Virus record (IMG/VR): IMGVR_UViG_3300037245_003898
DNA from: an uncultured virus (IMG/VR IMGVR_UViG_3300037245_003898)
Lineage: Duplodnaviria > Heunggongvirae > Uroviricota > Caudoviricetes
DNA length: 64,000 bases
Strand: one strand, 5' to 3'
Positions 19,933 through 28,693 of this stretch are shown here, in pieces (within the stretch, counting starts at the first letter, position 1; each line of letters opens with the position of its first letter). Made by a program: the position numbers and the translations under genes. Under the pieces are notes generated by a model. The model was not told where the DNA came from. It saw nothing but the letters and a program-made list of their open reading frames with translations, and ran no database searches.

Positions 19933-20693
19933 CACGACTCTTTCCTAAATTGTTCAATCGCTTCTTGAAAAGTTTTGCCAAAAAAAGGTGCAATAGCACA
20001 AACCTTAGCGTTATCAGCCTTCCGAAGTGAATATATATATTCACCAAACGTAACATTGCTCCCAAGGATTTCCGACATGTCGTTCAAAGATATATGTTCT
20101 GACCCTGCTAGATTGTAGATACCTGTCAAATCATCCTGAAGACTCATCTTAATAAACCTAGCAATGTCTGACGCCAAAACAAAACAGGCGGTAGAATTTC
20201 CATGCAAAAAGATATCCCAATGGTTCTCTGTGTCCAAAAGTTTCATCGTAGCATTTGGCCTAGAACAGTGATTAAGAATTGTGGAACATCTAAATATTAA
20301 CCAATTAGGAGCAGTATTCATCACTATGGATTCTGATATCATTTTCGTCGTACCATAAACGCTAAGTATCGGCGGGCTTGTGCTAAGATATATATCGTCA
20401 GACTCTTTCCAGTAGTAATCTCCTTTTTGAGGATATACGTCAACTGTTGATATATATATGAACTTGTCATAATTCAAAGAGCACAATCGCTTGGTCAACG
20501 AAACGTTATCGTCTACATAAGATTCCAAATTATCGTGCGTTACCTCTTTGGCGGTACTAACCGCGCAATGGACCACGGCATCGTATTTTTTGTTCGTTGG
20601 CAGAGAGTCCCCTCTGGCAAAACCATCGCATTGAAAATGGTGATGCAGATATTTGCCTAAACCTTTATTCACACCGCTAATCAGAAGATTCAT
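19932..20693 (-). CDS. NAD-dependent epimerase/reductase (SDR)
   Basis: ISGVNKGLG, ISTVDVY, YGTTK. Confidence 0.8.
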   Translation of the reverse strand: MNLLISGVNKGLGKYLHHHFQCDGFARGDSLPTNKKYDAVVHCAVSTAKEVTHDNLESYVDDNVSLTKRLCSLNYDKFIYISTVDVYPQKGDYYWKESDDIYLSTSPPILSVYGTTKMISESIVMNTAPNWLIFRCSTILNHCSRPNATMKLLDTENHWDIFLHGNSTACFVLASDIARFIKMSLQDDLTGIYNLAGSEHISLNDMSEILGSNVTFGEYIYSLRKADNAKVCAIAPFFGKTFQEAIEQFRKES

Positions 20694-21465
20694 ATTCTCC
20701 CCAGTTCGTTCGTCGGCTCCACACATCTTCCGCTTCCTTCCAATTATCAAAATCTATCTTGGACCTTCCAATTGAGAATTTATGATTGTATATTTTTACC
20801 AACAACGGAGTATCATTCAGCTTGTGAGCCTCTACCACAGGCGTTTGTGAGCCGCCAAACTCCTCCGCTCCAAAATGCCACATCTTTTCACCTAGAACTG
20901 ATGGAGCCCCATCATTCTGTAATCTTACAGCCAAATCCACGGAAGATATACCTGGTTGTTCGAATCTACAGTCCCATCCTCCAATTTTCATAAGATAGTC
21001 ACGCCGTATAAGAGCAATCATAATGAGCATGTAGTGATTAGGAAGATGCTTCAGTCTCCGTAGCAACGGAAAATTCTTCATCCTCCACCATGATAGTTTT
21101 TCCAACTTAGCAGCTTTATAGCTTTCACCGTATCTCATTGAGACTAAGCCTTTTTCACCCTGAGGCAGCGAAGCAAAAGCTTTGTCTATGGCCAGACCGG
21201 GGAGCATGACGCCATCATCTGCTCCCCAAACGACATACTCGCCCTTACTATGTAACAGACCTAACTGATGGCACCGGGTAGGACAACCCTTGTCCTTTAT
21301 TAGACGAACATTATCTAGGTCTTGTAACTCTGGTGGAAGATTATAGGGACTTACAATAACCAGTTCGTACTCTTCTTTAGGCAACGCAGTGGTATTAGGG
21401 ATAGACTGATATACGTTGAGCCAATTCTTCACCCTAATTCCCGGCATAATAATCGATAATTTCAT
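20677..21465 (-). CDS. GT2-like glycosyltransferase, paralog family member 5
   Basis: MKLSIIMPGIR, WGADDG, GGWDCRF, DFDNWK. Confidence 0.75.
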   Translation of the reverse strand: MKLSIIMPGIRVKNWLNVYQSIPNTTALPKEEYELVIVSPYNLPPELQDLDNVRLIKDKGCPTRCHQLGLLHSKGEYVVWGADDGVMLPGLAIDKAFASLPQGEKGLVSMRYGESYKAAKLEKLSWWRMKNFPLLRRLKHLPNHYMLIMIALIRRDYLMKIGGWDCRFEQPGISSVDLAVRLQNDGAPSVLGEKMWHFGAEEFGGSQTPVVEAHKLNDTPLLVKIYNHKFSIGRSKIDFDNWKEAEDVWSRRTNWGEYESSD

Positions 21466-21472
21466 ATGTTAC

Positions 21473-22228
21473 TCACTTAAACCTACGACGCCACCTTGCT
21501 GGCGCATTGTGCCAATTATCAGGATCTATTACGCCACGGGAAGCACTATCCTTATGGTGATACATCCTGTTGAATAAACGTTTATCACTCTTGTGAGCCT
21601 GCTTGACAGGCATGTGGCCAGCGTCCTTCTTGTCTAAAGATGTATCCATGAGATTTTCCCCAATGACTACATCGGCCCCATCATTCTGTAATCTAATGGA
21701 CAAATCTACACAACTCAGCCCAACATGCTCCAGAGTACAGTCCCATCCTCCTAGTTTCATCAAATGATCACGACGCATTAAAGCCAGCATTATCACTATG
21801 TAGTTATTTGGAACATATGGAGCTTGAGCCAGCAGCCTATGATGCCTCATTCGCCACCAGCCCAAATTTCTCATCGCCTCTCGCCCACCCTCTACATAAC
21901 GTAGCATAACAACCCCTTTGTTAGCGGGGATGGATTCAAATGCTTTATCAATTGCAAGGGTGGGGCTGAAAGTTCCGTCATCTGCGGCCCAAACAACATA
22001 CTCACCTTGACTATTCAAAAGACCCAACTGATAGCAACGAGTAGGACAACCAAAATCTTGAATAAGACGAACATTGCCTTTTCGACGTAATGGAGCAGGC
22101 AGTTTATGAGGACTAACGATAACAAGCTCAAACTCTGTTCTAGGCAAGGTAGTAGCGTTCGATATAGAACGGTAGAGCGGCAGCCAATTTTGAGGTCTAA
22201 TTCCAGCCAAGAATATCGACAATTTCAT
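21473..22228 (-). CDS. GT2-like glycosyltransferase, paralog family member 6
   Basis: MKLSIFLAGIR, WAADDG, GGWDC; ATGA overlap with upstream gene. Confidence 0.75.
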   Translation of the reverse strand: MKLSIFLAGIRPQNWLPLYRSISNATTLPRTEFELVIVSPHKLPAPLRRKGNVRLIQDFGCPTRCYQLGLLNSQGEYVVWAADDGTFSPTLAIDKAFESIPANKGVVMLRYVEGGREAMRNLGWWRMRHHRLLAQAPYVPNNYIVIMLALMRRDHLMKLGGWDCTLEHVGLSCVDLSIRLQNDGADVVIGENLMDTSLDKKDAGHMPVKQAHKSDKRLFNRMYHHKDSASRGVIDPDNWHNAPARWRRRFK

Positions 22229-22983
22229 CCTTTGAATCTCCTCGTCCATACTGCTGGTGCTTGTTTCCAGTTATCAAAATCCACTTTAGAACGAGTTTTC
22301 TGAGAATAAATTTTGTTGAAGTATGGCATATCGTGTTCTACGAACGCATCTTCAATAGGTTTATGATTTCCGCCGACTTCCAGAACAAGGTCCATGATTC
22401 TCTCTCCCATTACAACTTCGGCACCATCATCCTGCAACCTCACAGACAAATCGGGCAGAGCCAAACCTCCATATTCAAAATTGCAATCCAACCCGCCAAT
22501 CTCCATCAGATAGTCACGACGCATCACAAAGGCCATGACAAGCAAATAGTGATCTGAAATAATCGCCTTTTCTTTCATGAATGGATGACCACCCGTCTGC
22601 CAGGACATTTTGTTGTGCTTGATCTTTCCGAGGCTACGACTCTCAGTATATGTCAAGGTGACAATTTTCTTTCTAGAATCGAGTACATCAAGTGCTTTAT
22701 CGACGGCAAGTGTTGGACTAAAAACTCCATCGTCTGCAATGCCCGTCAAAATATACTCTCCCTTGCTATGCAATATTCCCAACTGATAGCAACGTGTGGG
22801 ATTGCCCCAGTCTTTAATCAAACGCACATTAGGTTCATTTTGCAACTCCGGAGGCAAATCATAAGGGCCAACGATAACCATCTCATAGTCATCCTTGGGC
22901 AACGTAGTAATATTCGAGATAGACTGGTAAAGGGTTAACCATTTCTGGTGTCTTATTCCTGCGAAGGATATCGATAATTTCAT
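22225..22983 (-). CDS. GT2-like glycosyltransferase, paralog family member 7
   Basis: MKLSISFAGIR, GIADDG, GGLDC, DFDNWK; ATGA overlap. Confidence 0.75.
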   Translation of the reverse strand: MKLSISFAGIRHQKWLTLYQSISNITTLPKDDYEMVIVGPYDLPPELQNEPNVRLIKDWGNPTRCYQLGILHSKGEYILTGIADDGVFSPTLAVDKALDVLDSRKKIVTLTYTESRSLGKIKHNKMSWQTGGHPFMKEKAIISDHYLLVMAFVMRRDYLMEIGGLDCNFEYGGLALPDLSVRLQDDGAEVVMGERIMDLVLEVGGNHKPIEDAFVEHDMPYFNKIYSQKTRSKVDFDNWKQAPAVWTRRFKG

Positions 22984-23768
22984 TCGTATTTTCTCCTGGG
23001 CCAAACATCGTGAGTTTTTTGCCAGTTATCAACGTTTATGTTAACACCCATTGATTCATGTTTGTACACATTTTGAAATAAAGGCCAATCATTTTGGAAG
23101 TGAGCATCTTGAATAGGCGTATGATCTATGCCCCACGAATCAATCCCTGTTCTTACATGAGTCAGATCCAAACATCTCTCCCCCAAAACGACATTAGCGC
23201 CACAGTCCTGCCATCTTATAGAAGAATCCACGCAGGCCATACCTGGCTGTTCAAATCTGCAATCAAACCCACCTAACTCCATTAAATACTCGCGTCTCAT
23301 CAAACCTATCATAACAAGGATATATCCTTTGGCCCGTCTAAGTGATTTCATTTTCTGGATGAATCTATATTTTCCTAAACGATAGTGTTCGTCGGAGTTC
23401 TGTATCAGATTGTTTTCATTGTTATCCCCTTCATAGTATTTGAAAGCAACAACTCCGTTATACTGAGGCAAATCGGCAAAAGCTTTATCAATGGCCATTG
23501 TAGGACTAAAAATTCCGTCATCGGCAATCCAGACCACATACTCACCTTGACTATTCAAAAGACCCAACTGGTAGCAACGAGTCGGACAGCCCCAGTCTTT
23601 CACCACACGAATATTAGGTTCGTTCTGCAACTCTAGAGGCAAGTCATAGGGACCAACAATAACCATCTCGTACTCATCCTTAGACATTGCAGTGACGTTA
23701 GGAATGGAGTTGTACAGAGCCGCCCAATTTTGGGATCTTATTCCAGAAAAGAATATAGATAGCTTCAT
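22980..23768 (-). CDS. GT2-like glycosyltransferase, paralog family member 8
   Basis: MKLSIFFSGIR, WIADDG, GGFDCRF; ATGA overlap. Confidence 0.75.
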   Translation of the reverse strand: MKLSIFFSGIRSQNWAALYNSIPNVTAMSKDEYEMVIVGPYDLPLELQNEPNIRVVKDWGCPTRCYQLGLLNSQGEYVVWIADDGIFSPTMAIDKAFADLPQYNGVVAFKYYEGDNNENNLIQNSDEHYRLGKYRFIQKMKSLRRAKGYILVMIGLMRREYLMELGGFDCRFEQPGMACVDSSIRWQDCGANVVLGERCLDLTHVRTGIDSWGIDHTPIQDAHFQNDWPLFQNVYKHESMGVNINVDNWQKTHDVWPRRKYE

Positions 23769-24553
23769 GCTTTACCTCCTGGGAAACGTCTGCGCCACAC
23801 TTCAGGAGCTTGTTTCCAGTTATCAAAGTCTATTTTAGACCTGTTGGAGCAAAACTTATGACTGTACGTGCGCATATACAGTGCCTTGTCATTCTTATGA
23901 AAGGCTTGAACTACAGGACCATGATCACCCGAATTACCTATCAGGTGACTAATGTCCATCATTTTCTCGCCCAGGACAACTTCGGCACCATCATTCTGTA
24001 ACCTTACCGCCAAATCTGGTAAAGCTAAGCCTGGTTGTTCAAATCTGCAATCAAACCCACCAACCTCCATCAAATAATCACGACGTGCTAAAGCTATCAT
24101 GGTGAGAAGATAGTGGTCATAAACATACGGCAAACTTTTGTGCAATTTATGACTTCCAAACCGCCAATAAGAATCGTTTTGCGTGGCCAGAGACGCCGAG
24201 GTGACATTGCCCTCATGGTATTTGAATGATACTACCCCTTTATGGTGTTTGGGGATAATATCGAACCCTTTATCGATAGCGTTATTCATGCACACTCCGT
24301 CATCGGCAACGCCGGTCAATATGTACTCACCTTGGCTATGAAGAATGGCCAACTGGTAACAACGAGTCGGGCAGCCCCAGTCTTTCACCACACGAATATT
24401 AGGTTCGTTCTGCAACTCTAGAGGCAAGTCATAGGGACCAACAATAACCATCTCGTACTCATCCTTAGACATTGCAGTGGCGTCAGGAATGGAGTTGTAT
24501 AGAGCCGCCCAATTTGGAACTCTTATACCAGCAAGTGCTATAGATAATTTCAT
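23765..24553 (-). CDS. GT2-like glycosyltransferase, paralog family member 9
   Basis: MKLSIALAGIR, GVADDG, GGFDCRF, DFDNWK; ATGA overlap with gmd. Confidence 0.75.
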   Translation of the reverse strand: MKLSIALAGIRVPNWAALYNSIPDATAMSKDEYEMVIVGPYDLPLELQNEPNIRVVKDWGCPTRCYQLAILHSQGEYILTGVADDGVCMNNAIDKGFDIIPKHHKGVVSFKYHEGNVTSASLATQNDSYWRFGSHKLHKSLPYVYDHYLLTMIALARRDYLMEVGGFDCRFEQPGLALPDLAVRLQNDGAEVVLGEKMMDISHLIGNSGDHGPVVQAFHKNDKALYMRTYSHKFCSNRSKIDFDNWKQAPEVWRRRFPGGKA

Positions 24554-25581
24554 TTGCTTCTCTTCTGTTTTTCTGCTAATTCCATATCTGCATCTACCAT
24601 ACAATCCACAAGATCTTCAAAACCCACCGATGGCTTCCATTCTAAAGTTGATTTTATTTTTGAGGGGTTACCCAACAAGCTGTCCAATTCGATTTCCCGG
24701 AAATATCTCTTATCGATCCTGACGTGTTTATCAACATCAAGACCCAGCTTGTTAAATACTGCATCCAGGAATTCTTGGACAGTTTTAGTGATACCTGTTG
24801 CTACAACAAAATCATCGGGCACATCATGTTGCAGCATCATGTACATCGCCTGGACATAATCAGGTGCATACCCCCAATCACGAGACGCCTTCAGGTTGCC
24901 CAACACTAGCTCCTTTTGTAAACCACAGTGTATCCTGGTCGCTGCTCGTGTAATTTTTCGGGTAACATAGGTTGCCCCTCTACGCGGGCTTTCATGATTG
25001 AACAGCATTCCATTGACCGCAAAAATACCCTTCTTGCGATAATTGCATGTTTGCCAGAATGCTGTGCTCTTTGATACAGCGTAGGGAGAGCATGGAAAAA
25101 ACGAACTAGACTCGTCCAAAAGAGTTCCAGCAGGATGATTACCAAACATTTCACTAGATGATGCTTGGTAAAATTTCACTGTCTTCTTTTTGTTCAAACT
25201 TTCGATGGCTGTCAACAATCTGAGATTGCCCACCGCGTTAACATTCATGGTTAGTTCTGGTTGGTCGAAACTAACTCGCACATGAGCTTGTGCTCCCAGA
25301 TTGTACACTTCGTCCGGTTCTATATCGTAAATCAGTCTGGCTATGGAGCTTCCATCCGTCAAGTCTCCGTAGATCATAAAAAAATTGTCGGCAAAATGTC
25401 GAGCCCAATAAGGCAAATTTACATCTGAAGATGCCTCTGTCTGCAAGTGATCAACACGCTCCGTGTTAAATACAGATGATTTGCGAACCAAACCGAAGAC
25501 TCGATATCCCTTCCCAAGTAGAAGTTCGGCCAAATACGAGCCATCCTGTCCTGTTACGCCGGTTATTAACGCAGTTTTCAC
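24550..25581 (-). CDS. gmd: GDP-mannose 4,6-dehydratase
   Basis: ALITGVTGQDGSYLAE, YQASSSEMFG, SPYAVSK, LFNHESPRRG, RDWG; GTG start after GGAGGA. Confidence 0.95.
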   Translation of the reverse strand: MKTALITGVTGQDGSYLAELLLGKGYRVFGLVRKSSVFNTERVDHLQTEASSDVNLPYWARHFADNFFMIYGDLTDGSSIARLIYDIEPDEVYNLGAQAHVRVSFDQPELTMNVNAVGNLRLLTAIESLNKKKTVKFYQASSSEMFGNHPAGTLLDESSSFFPCSPYAVSKSTAFWQTCNYRKKGIFAVNGMLFNHESPRRGATYVTRKITRAATRIHCGLQKELVLGNLKASRDWGYAPDYVQAMYMMLQHDVPDDFVVATGITKTVQEFLDAVFNKLGLDVDKHVRIDKRYFREIELDSLLGNPSKIKSTLEWKPSVGFEDLVDCMVDADMELAEKQKRSK

Positions 25582-25623
25582 GAGTTGTCCTCCCATTAGT
25601 AACTAATTTGCCAGACCACATAA

Positions 25624-26601
25624 TTATCCCTTGCTGAATACGCTGTAACGATTGAACGCAATATCCCAATTATTTTTTAGCCACTCACAAGTATCTTTGA
25701 TGCCTTCGGCTAGACTAACATTAGGTTTCCATCCTAAATCGGTAGCCCTTGCAATGTCCAGGATTCTCGTCGAATCACCCAGCGGCTTGGATGTGTCCCA
25801 AACTACCTCAGGATTCATGCCTGTAGCCTCAAGTATGGTTGATACCAAATCTTTTATTGAGACTCCAATACCACTGCCTATGTTGACTGGCTCAGATGGA
25901 TTTGCTTTCATCATATGTAAAATACCTTCGGCTGCGTCTTGGGCGTGAAGAAAATCCCGTTTGGCAGATCCATCACCCCACACCATCAAAGTGTCTCCCC
26001 CAGATAGAGTTCGATAAATCAAAGATGGGACGACCATTGCTCCGGAATCAGCATCAAAAGTGTCGTGTCTCCCATATATATTAGCAGGTCGGACTATAAC
26101 AATGTTTTCCCATCCGTGTTCTATACGGTAAGCTTCGGCTTGTAACTCTCCCATGCGTTTTGCCCATCCTGAGCACCTATCATTTGGAGAGGGAGCTGTA
26201 AGCCAAACATCATCTTCTCGTAAGAGAGGAGCAGGCTGATACACTCCTATGGAGCTTGTATAGAGATACTTCTCAACGCCATTTTTCCAAGCTGCTTCCA
26301 TCATATTCAAATTGAATTGCATCAGAGGAACCATAAAGCTGGCAGGTCGTTCAACAGCAACTCTAGGAGAGCCTTTGACTCCAGCGAGGTGAAAAACAGA
26401 ATCCATGCCCTTGCAGGCTTTATCACATGCTTCTTTCTCTGTCAGATCCGCTTTTGTATACGTCACACCTTCAGGAACCACAAAGTCGTCATCAAGGGCC
26501 ACAACATGAACATCTGATCCTTCTGCAACCAACAAATCCACCAAGTATCGCCCGATCATACCGCTGCCACCAGTGACTAAAACTTTTTTCCCATTAAACA
26601 T
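25624..26601 (-). CDS. NAD-dependent epimerase/reductase (Fcl/GME-like)
   Basis: VTGGSGMIG, RPANIYG, WGDGSAKRDF; catalytic motif reads SGWAK. Confidence 0.85.
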   Translation of the reverse strand: MFNGKKVLVTGGSGMIGRYLVDLLVAEGSDVHVVALDDDFVVPEGVTYTKADLTEKEACDKACKGMDSVFHLAGVKGSPRVAVERPASFMVPLMQFNLNMMEAAWKNGVEKYLYTSSIGVYQPAPLLREDDVWLTAPSPNDRCSGWAKRMGELQAEAYRIEHGWENIVIVRPANIYGRHDTFDADSGAMVVPSLIYRTLSGGDTLMVWGDGSAKRDFLHAQDAAEGILHMMKANPSEPVNIGSGIGVSIKDLVSTILEATGMNPEVVWDTSKPLGDSTRILDIARATDLGWKPNVSLAEGIKDTCEWLKNNWDIAFNRYSVFSKG

Positions 26602-27565
26602 GGCCTAACTCCTTATACCAAGAAACTGTTTTGGCTATACCTTCCTCTAAAGACACTTTGCTCTTCCATTTCAATATGTCATAAGCCTTAGATACATTTA
26701 GAATTCGAACAGGAATCATATCAGGTTTGTCAGAGTGATATTCCAGACGTGGAGAAAGACCATACTCTTTCAAGACAACTCGGACTAATTCATTGATAGA
26801 AGATCCAATTCCTGTTCCTATGTTAATGGGGTCAGCTTCAGCATGCGATTCCAATGCAAGTAAAAGACCTCCAATCAAATCACTAACGTAGATGAAATCA
26901 CGCTCTTGGTTCCCGTTACCCCAAATTGGAAACGGGTCAAGTCCTTCTTCGGCTTTCAGGATCGTAGCAGGTACAACATGGCATTTCGATGGATTAAAAG
27001 ATGCACGAGGGCCGTAAATGGCAGAAGCCCTAATGAGAGCAAACTGGGTTTTCGTGACCGCGTGAAAATGTTGGCATACTTTTTCACAATAACGCTTCAT
27101 CCAACCAAATCCATAATAGCAGGCAGGCGGGTCACCTGTAAATGCTTCATGCTCTGTTAAGGGGTTTCCTTTCGTATCTGGGTACATGGTGGAACTTCCA
27201 ATAAATGCAAAACGATCAACTTTCGCTATGCAAGCAGATTCAATCAGGTTGATATATGGCACCAAATTTTTACGTATCAACTGCCAAGAATTTTCCGTTT
27301 GACCTTTTGCTCCGCAAATAAATGCCGCGCAATTGACCACCATATCCATATCCTGGACCACTCGTTGGGCATCCTCATAACACGCAAGATCGCATGGTAC
27401 AATCTCAAGACGAGGATGAGAAATGTCTAGTGTACGATGATTGTAATCAGGATGGTTGAAAACGGTGGCTCTTACAAAAGCTCCCTGGTCGAGCAACTGC
27501 GTCACAGCCTCATGGCCAGTGAGACCTGCTCCTCCTGTTACAAGCACATTCTTTTTGTCAAACAT
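26594..27565 (-). CDS. NAD-dependent epimerase/reductase (Fcl/GME-like)
   Basis: VTGGAGLTG, GSSTMYP, FGWMKR, WGNGNQERDF. Confidence 0.85.
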   Translation of the reverse strand: MFDKKNVLVTGGAGLTGHEAVTQLLDQGAFVRATVFNHPDYNHRTLDISHPRLEIVPCDLACYEDAQRVVQDMDMVVNCAAFICGAKGQTENSWQLIRKNLVPYINLIESACIAKVDRFAFIGSSTMYPDTKGNPLTEHEAFTGDPPACYYGFGWMKRYCEKVCQHFHAVTKTQFALIRASAIYGPRASFNPSKCHVVPATILKAEEGLDPFPIWGNGNQERDFIYVSDLIGGLLLALESHAEADPINIGTGIGSSINELVRVVLKEYGLSPRLEYHSDKPDMIPVRILNVSKAYDILKWKSKVSLEEGIAKTVSWYKELGHV

Positions 27566-28113
27566 TATATCTCTCCATACAGATCGGCTTTTTCTACAAG
27601 TACAGTCGAAACTCCGTCTTCTCGTTCTAAAGCATGCGTATATGCAGGGAGGACTTCATCCGCTTTGTTTAGAACCATAAGTTCAACAGTTTTCAACAGG
27701 CTAGAGAATGCTTCCGAGTAGTCTGAGCAATGCTGTATTCCAGGGTGTAATGGGTCTGTGCTTCCCACGCACACCCGAATTATAACTTTCGGCTTCACTC
27801 GCCCATTGCTCATGCTCGGGAACTTGTCCAGATGATTAGCTAGCTGGTTACTGGCTAACAACAGAAAATCGAATCTAGGATACACTGTCACTGGGATAAA
27901 CCCATTTAGAGCAAGCCCTATCGACATCCCCATTTGGAGATCTTCTGCCACGGGCATCTCTATACGACGGCTAGAGTCAATGGATTCCAAGTTCCTATGT
28001 AGAGCATTCCCTGGATAGCCAACACATTGCCCGAGAAATATCACATTCTCGTTTTCAGCCAGCTTTTTCATCGCCAGGGTAATCTGGTCAAAGTATGTTA
28101 GAACGTCACCCAT
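27565..28113 (-). CDS. TPP enzyme pyrimidine-binding subunit (E1-beta/transketolase-like, short)
   Basis: EMPVAEDLQMGMSIGLALNG, YPRFDFLLLASNQL, GIQH. Confidence 0.85.
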   Translation of the reverse strand: MGDVLTYFDQITLAMKKLAENENVIFLGQCVGYPGNALHRNLESIDSSRRIEMPVAEDLQMGMSIGLALNGFIPVTVYPRFDFLLLASNQLANHLDKFPSMSNGRVKPKVIIRVCVGSTDPLHPGIQHCSDYSEAFSSLLKTVELMVLNKADEVLPAYTHALEREDGVSTVLVEKADLYGEI

Positions 28114-28688
28114 TTTCCTGCTCCTACATGTGGATATGAACTTTCGAATTCGTATTCAGTTATGTTTAGTTTCATGCCATCTTCTCCCCAGACTTTTCTG
28201 GTTGGGGTCTGAACAGAAATATGGTTATCCTCGACGACTATATTTAGTGGCAACGAATGCCCACTGGCATACTGCCTGACTTCTTGCAGAATGCCAGTGC
28301 GGGCTGTCATGTCTCCAACAAACAGCCAGACTTGATCGGGCTGTTGTTTTAGTTTGATGCTCAGAGCCGCCCCGAGCGCTATAGGGGCTATGCCTGCTAC
28401 AATAGCAGAAGCATAGAACCTGTGCTCGGGATTATTCACTGTGATACTGCGGCCCTCCATTATCTCTTGTCGCAACCATCCTATGTCGATCCCATGTAGC
28501 AAAGCATGGTAATGACTCCGCCAAGTGGAGAACACCCAGTCTGTGGTCTTGATGTTCTTGAAGATCTCGATTAGGCTGTCTTCATTTCCATCGGACAAAT
28601 GAACCGGTGCATTGATCTTACCCTCACAAAAAGTATCACACATTTCAGTCTCGAAGGCAATCAACTCTTCTTTCGTAAACACTGTCAC
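28098..28688 (-). CDS. TPP enzyme diphosphate-binding subunit (E1-alpha-like, short)
   Basis: HLSDGNE, STWRSHYHAL, GDMT...NIVVEDN TPP motif, YPHVG. Confidence 0.85.
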   Translation of the reverse strand: MTVFTKEELIAFETEMCDTFCEGKINAPVHLSDGNEDSLIEIFKNIKTTDWVFSTWRSHYHALLHGIDIGWLRQEIMEGRSITVNNPEHRFYASAIVAGIAPIALGAALSIKLKQQPDQVWLFVGDMTARTGILQEVRQYASGHSLPLNIVVEDNHISVQTPTRKVWGEDGMKLNITEYEFESSYPHVGAGKWVTF

Positions 28689-28693
28689 ACTCC

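Noticed and set aside
23536..24515. Diversity-generating retroelement (TR/VR pair) explaining the near-identical tracts
   Set aside because: Mismatches are ordinary transitions in both directions rather than adenine-specific, both copies are 5' coding regions, and no reverse transcriptase is in the window.
27565..28688. Pyruvate dehydrogenase complex
   Set aside because: Both subunits are much shorter than E1 alpha/beta, there is no E2/E3, and the context is nucleotide-sugar synthesis.
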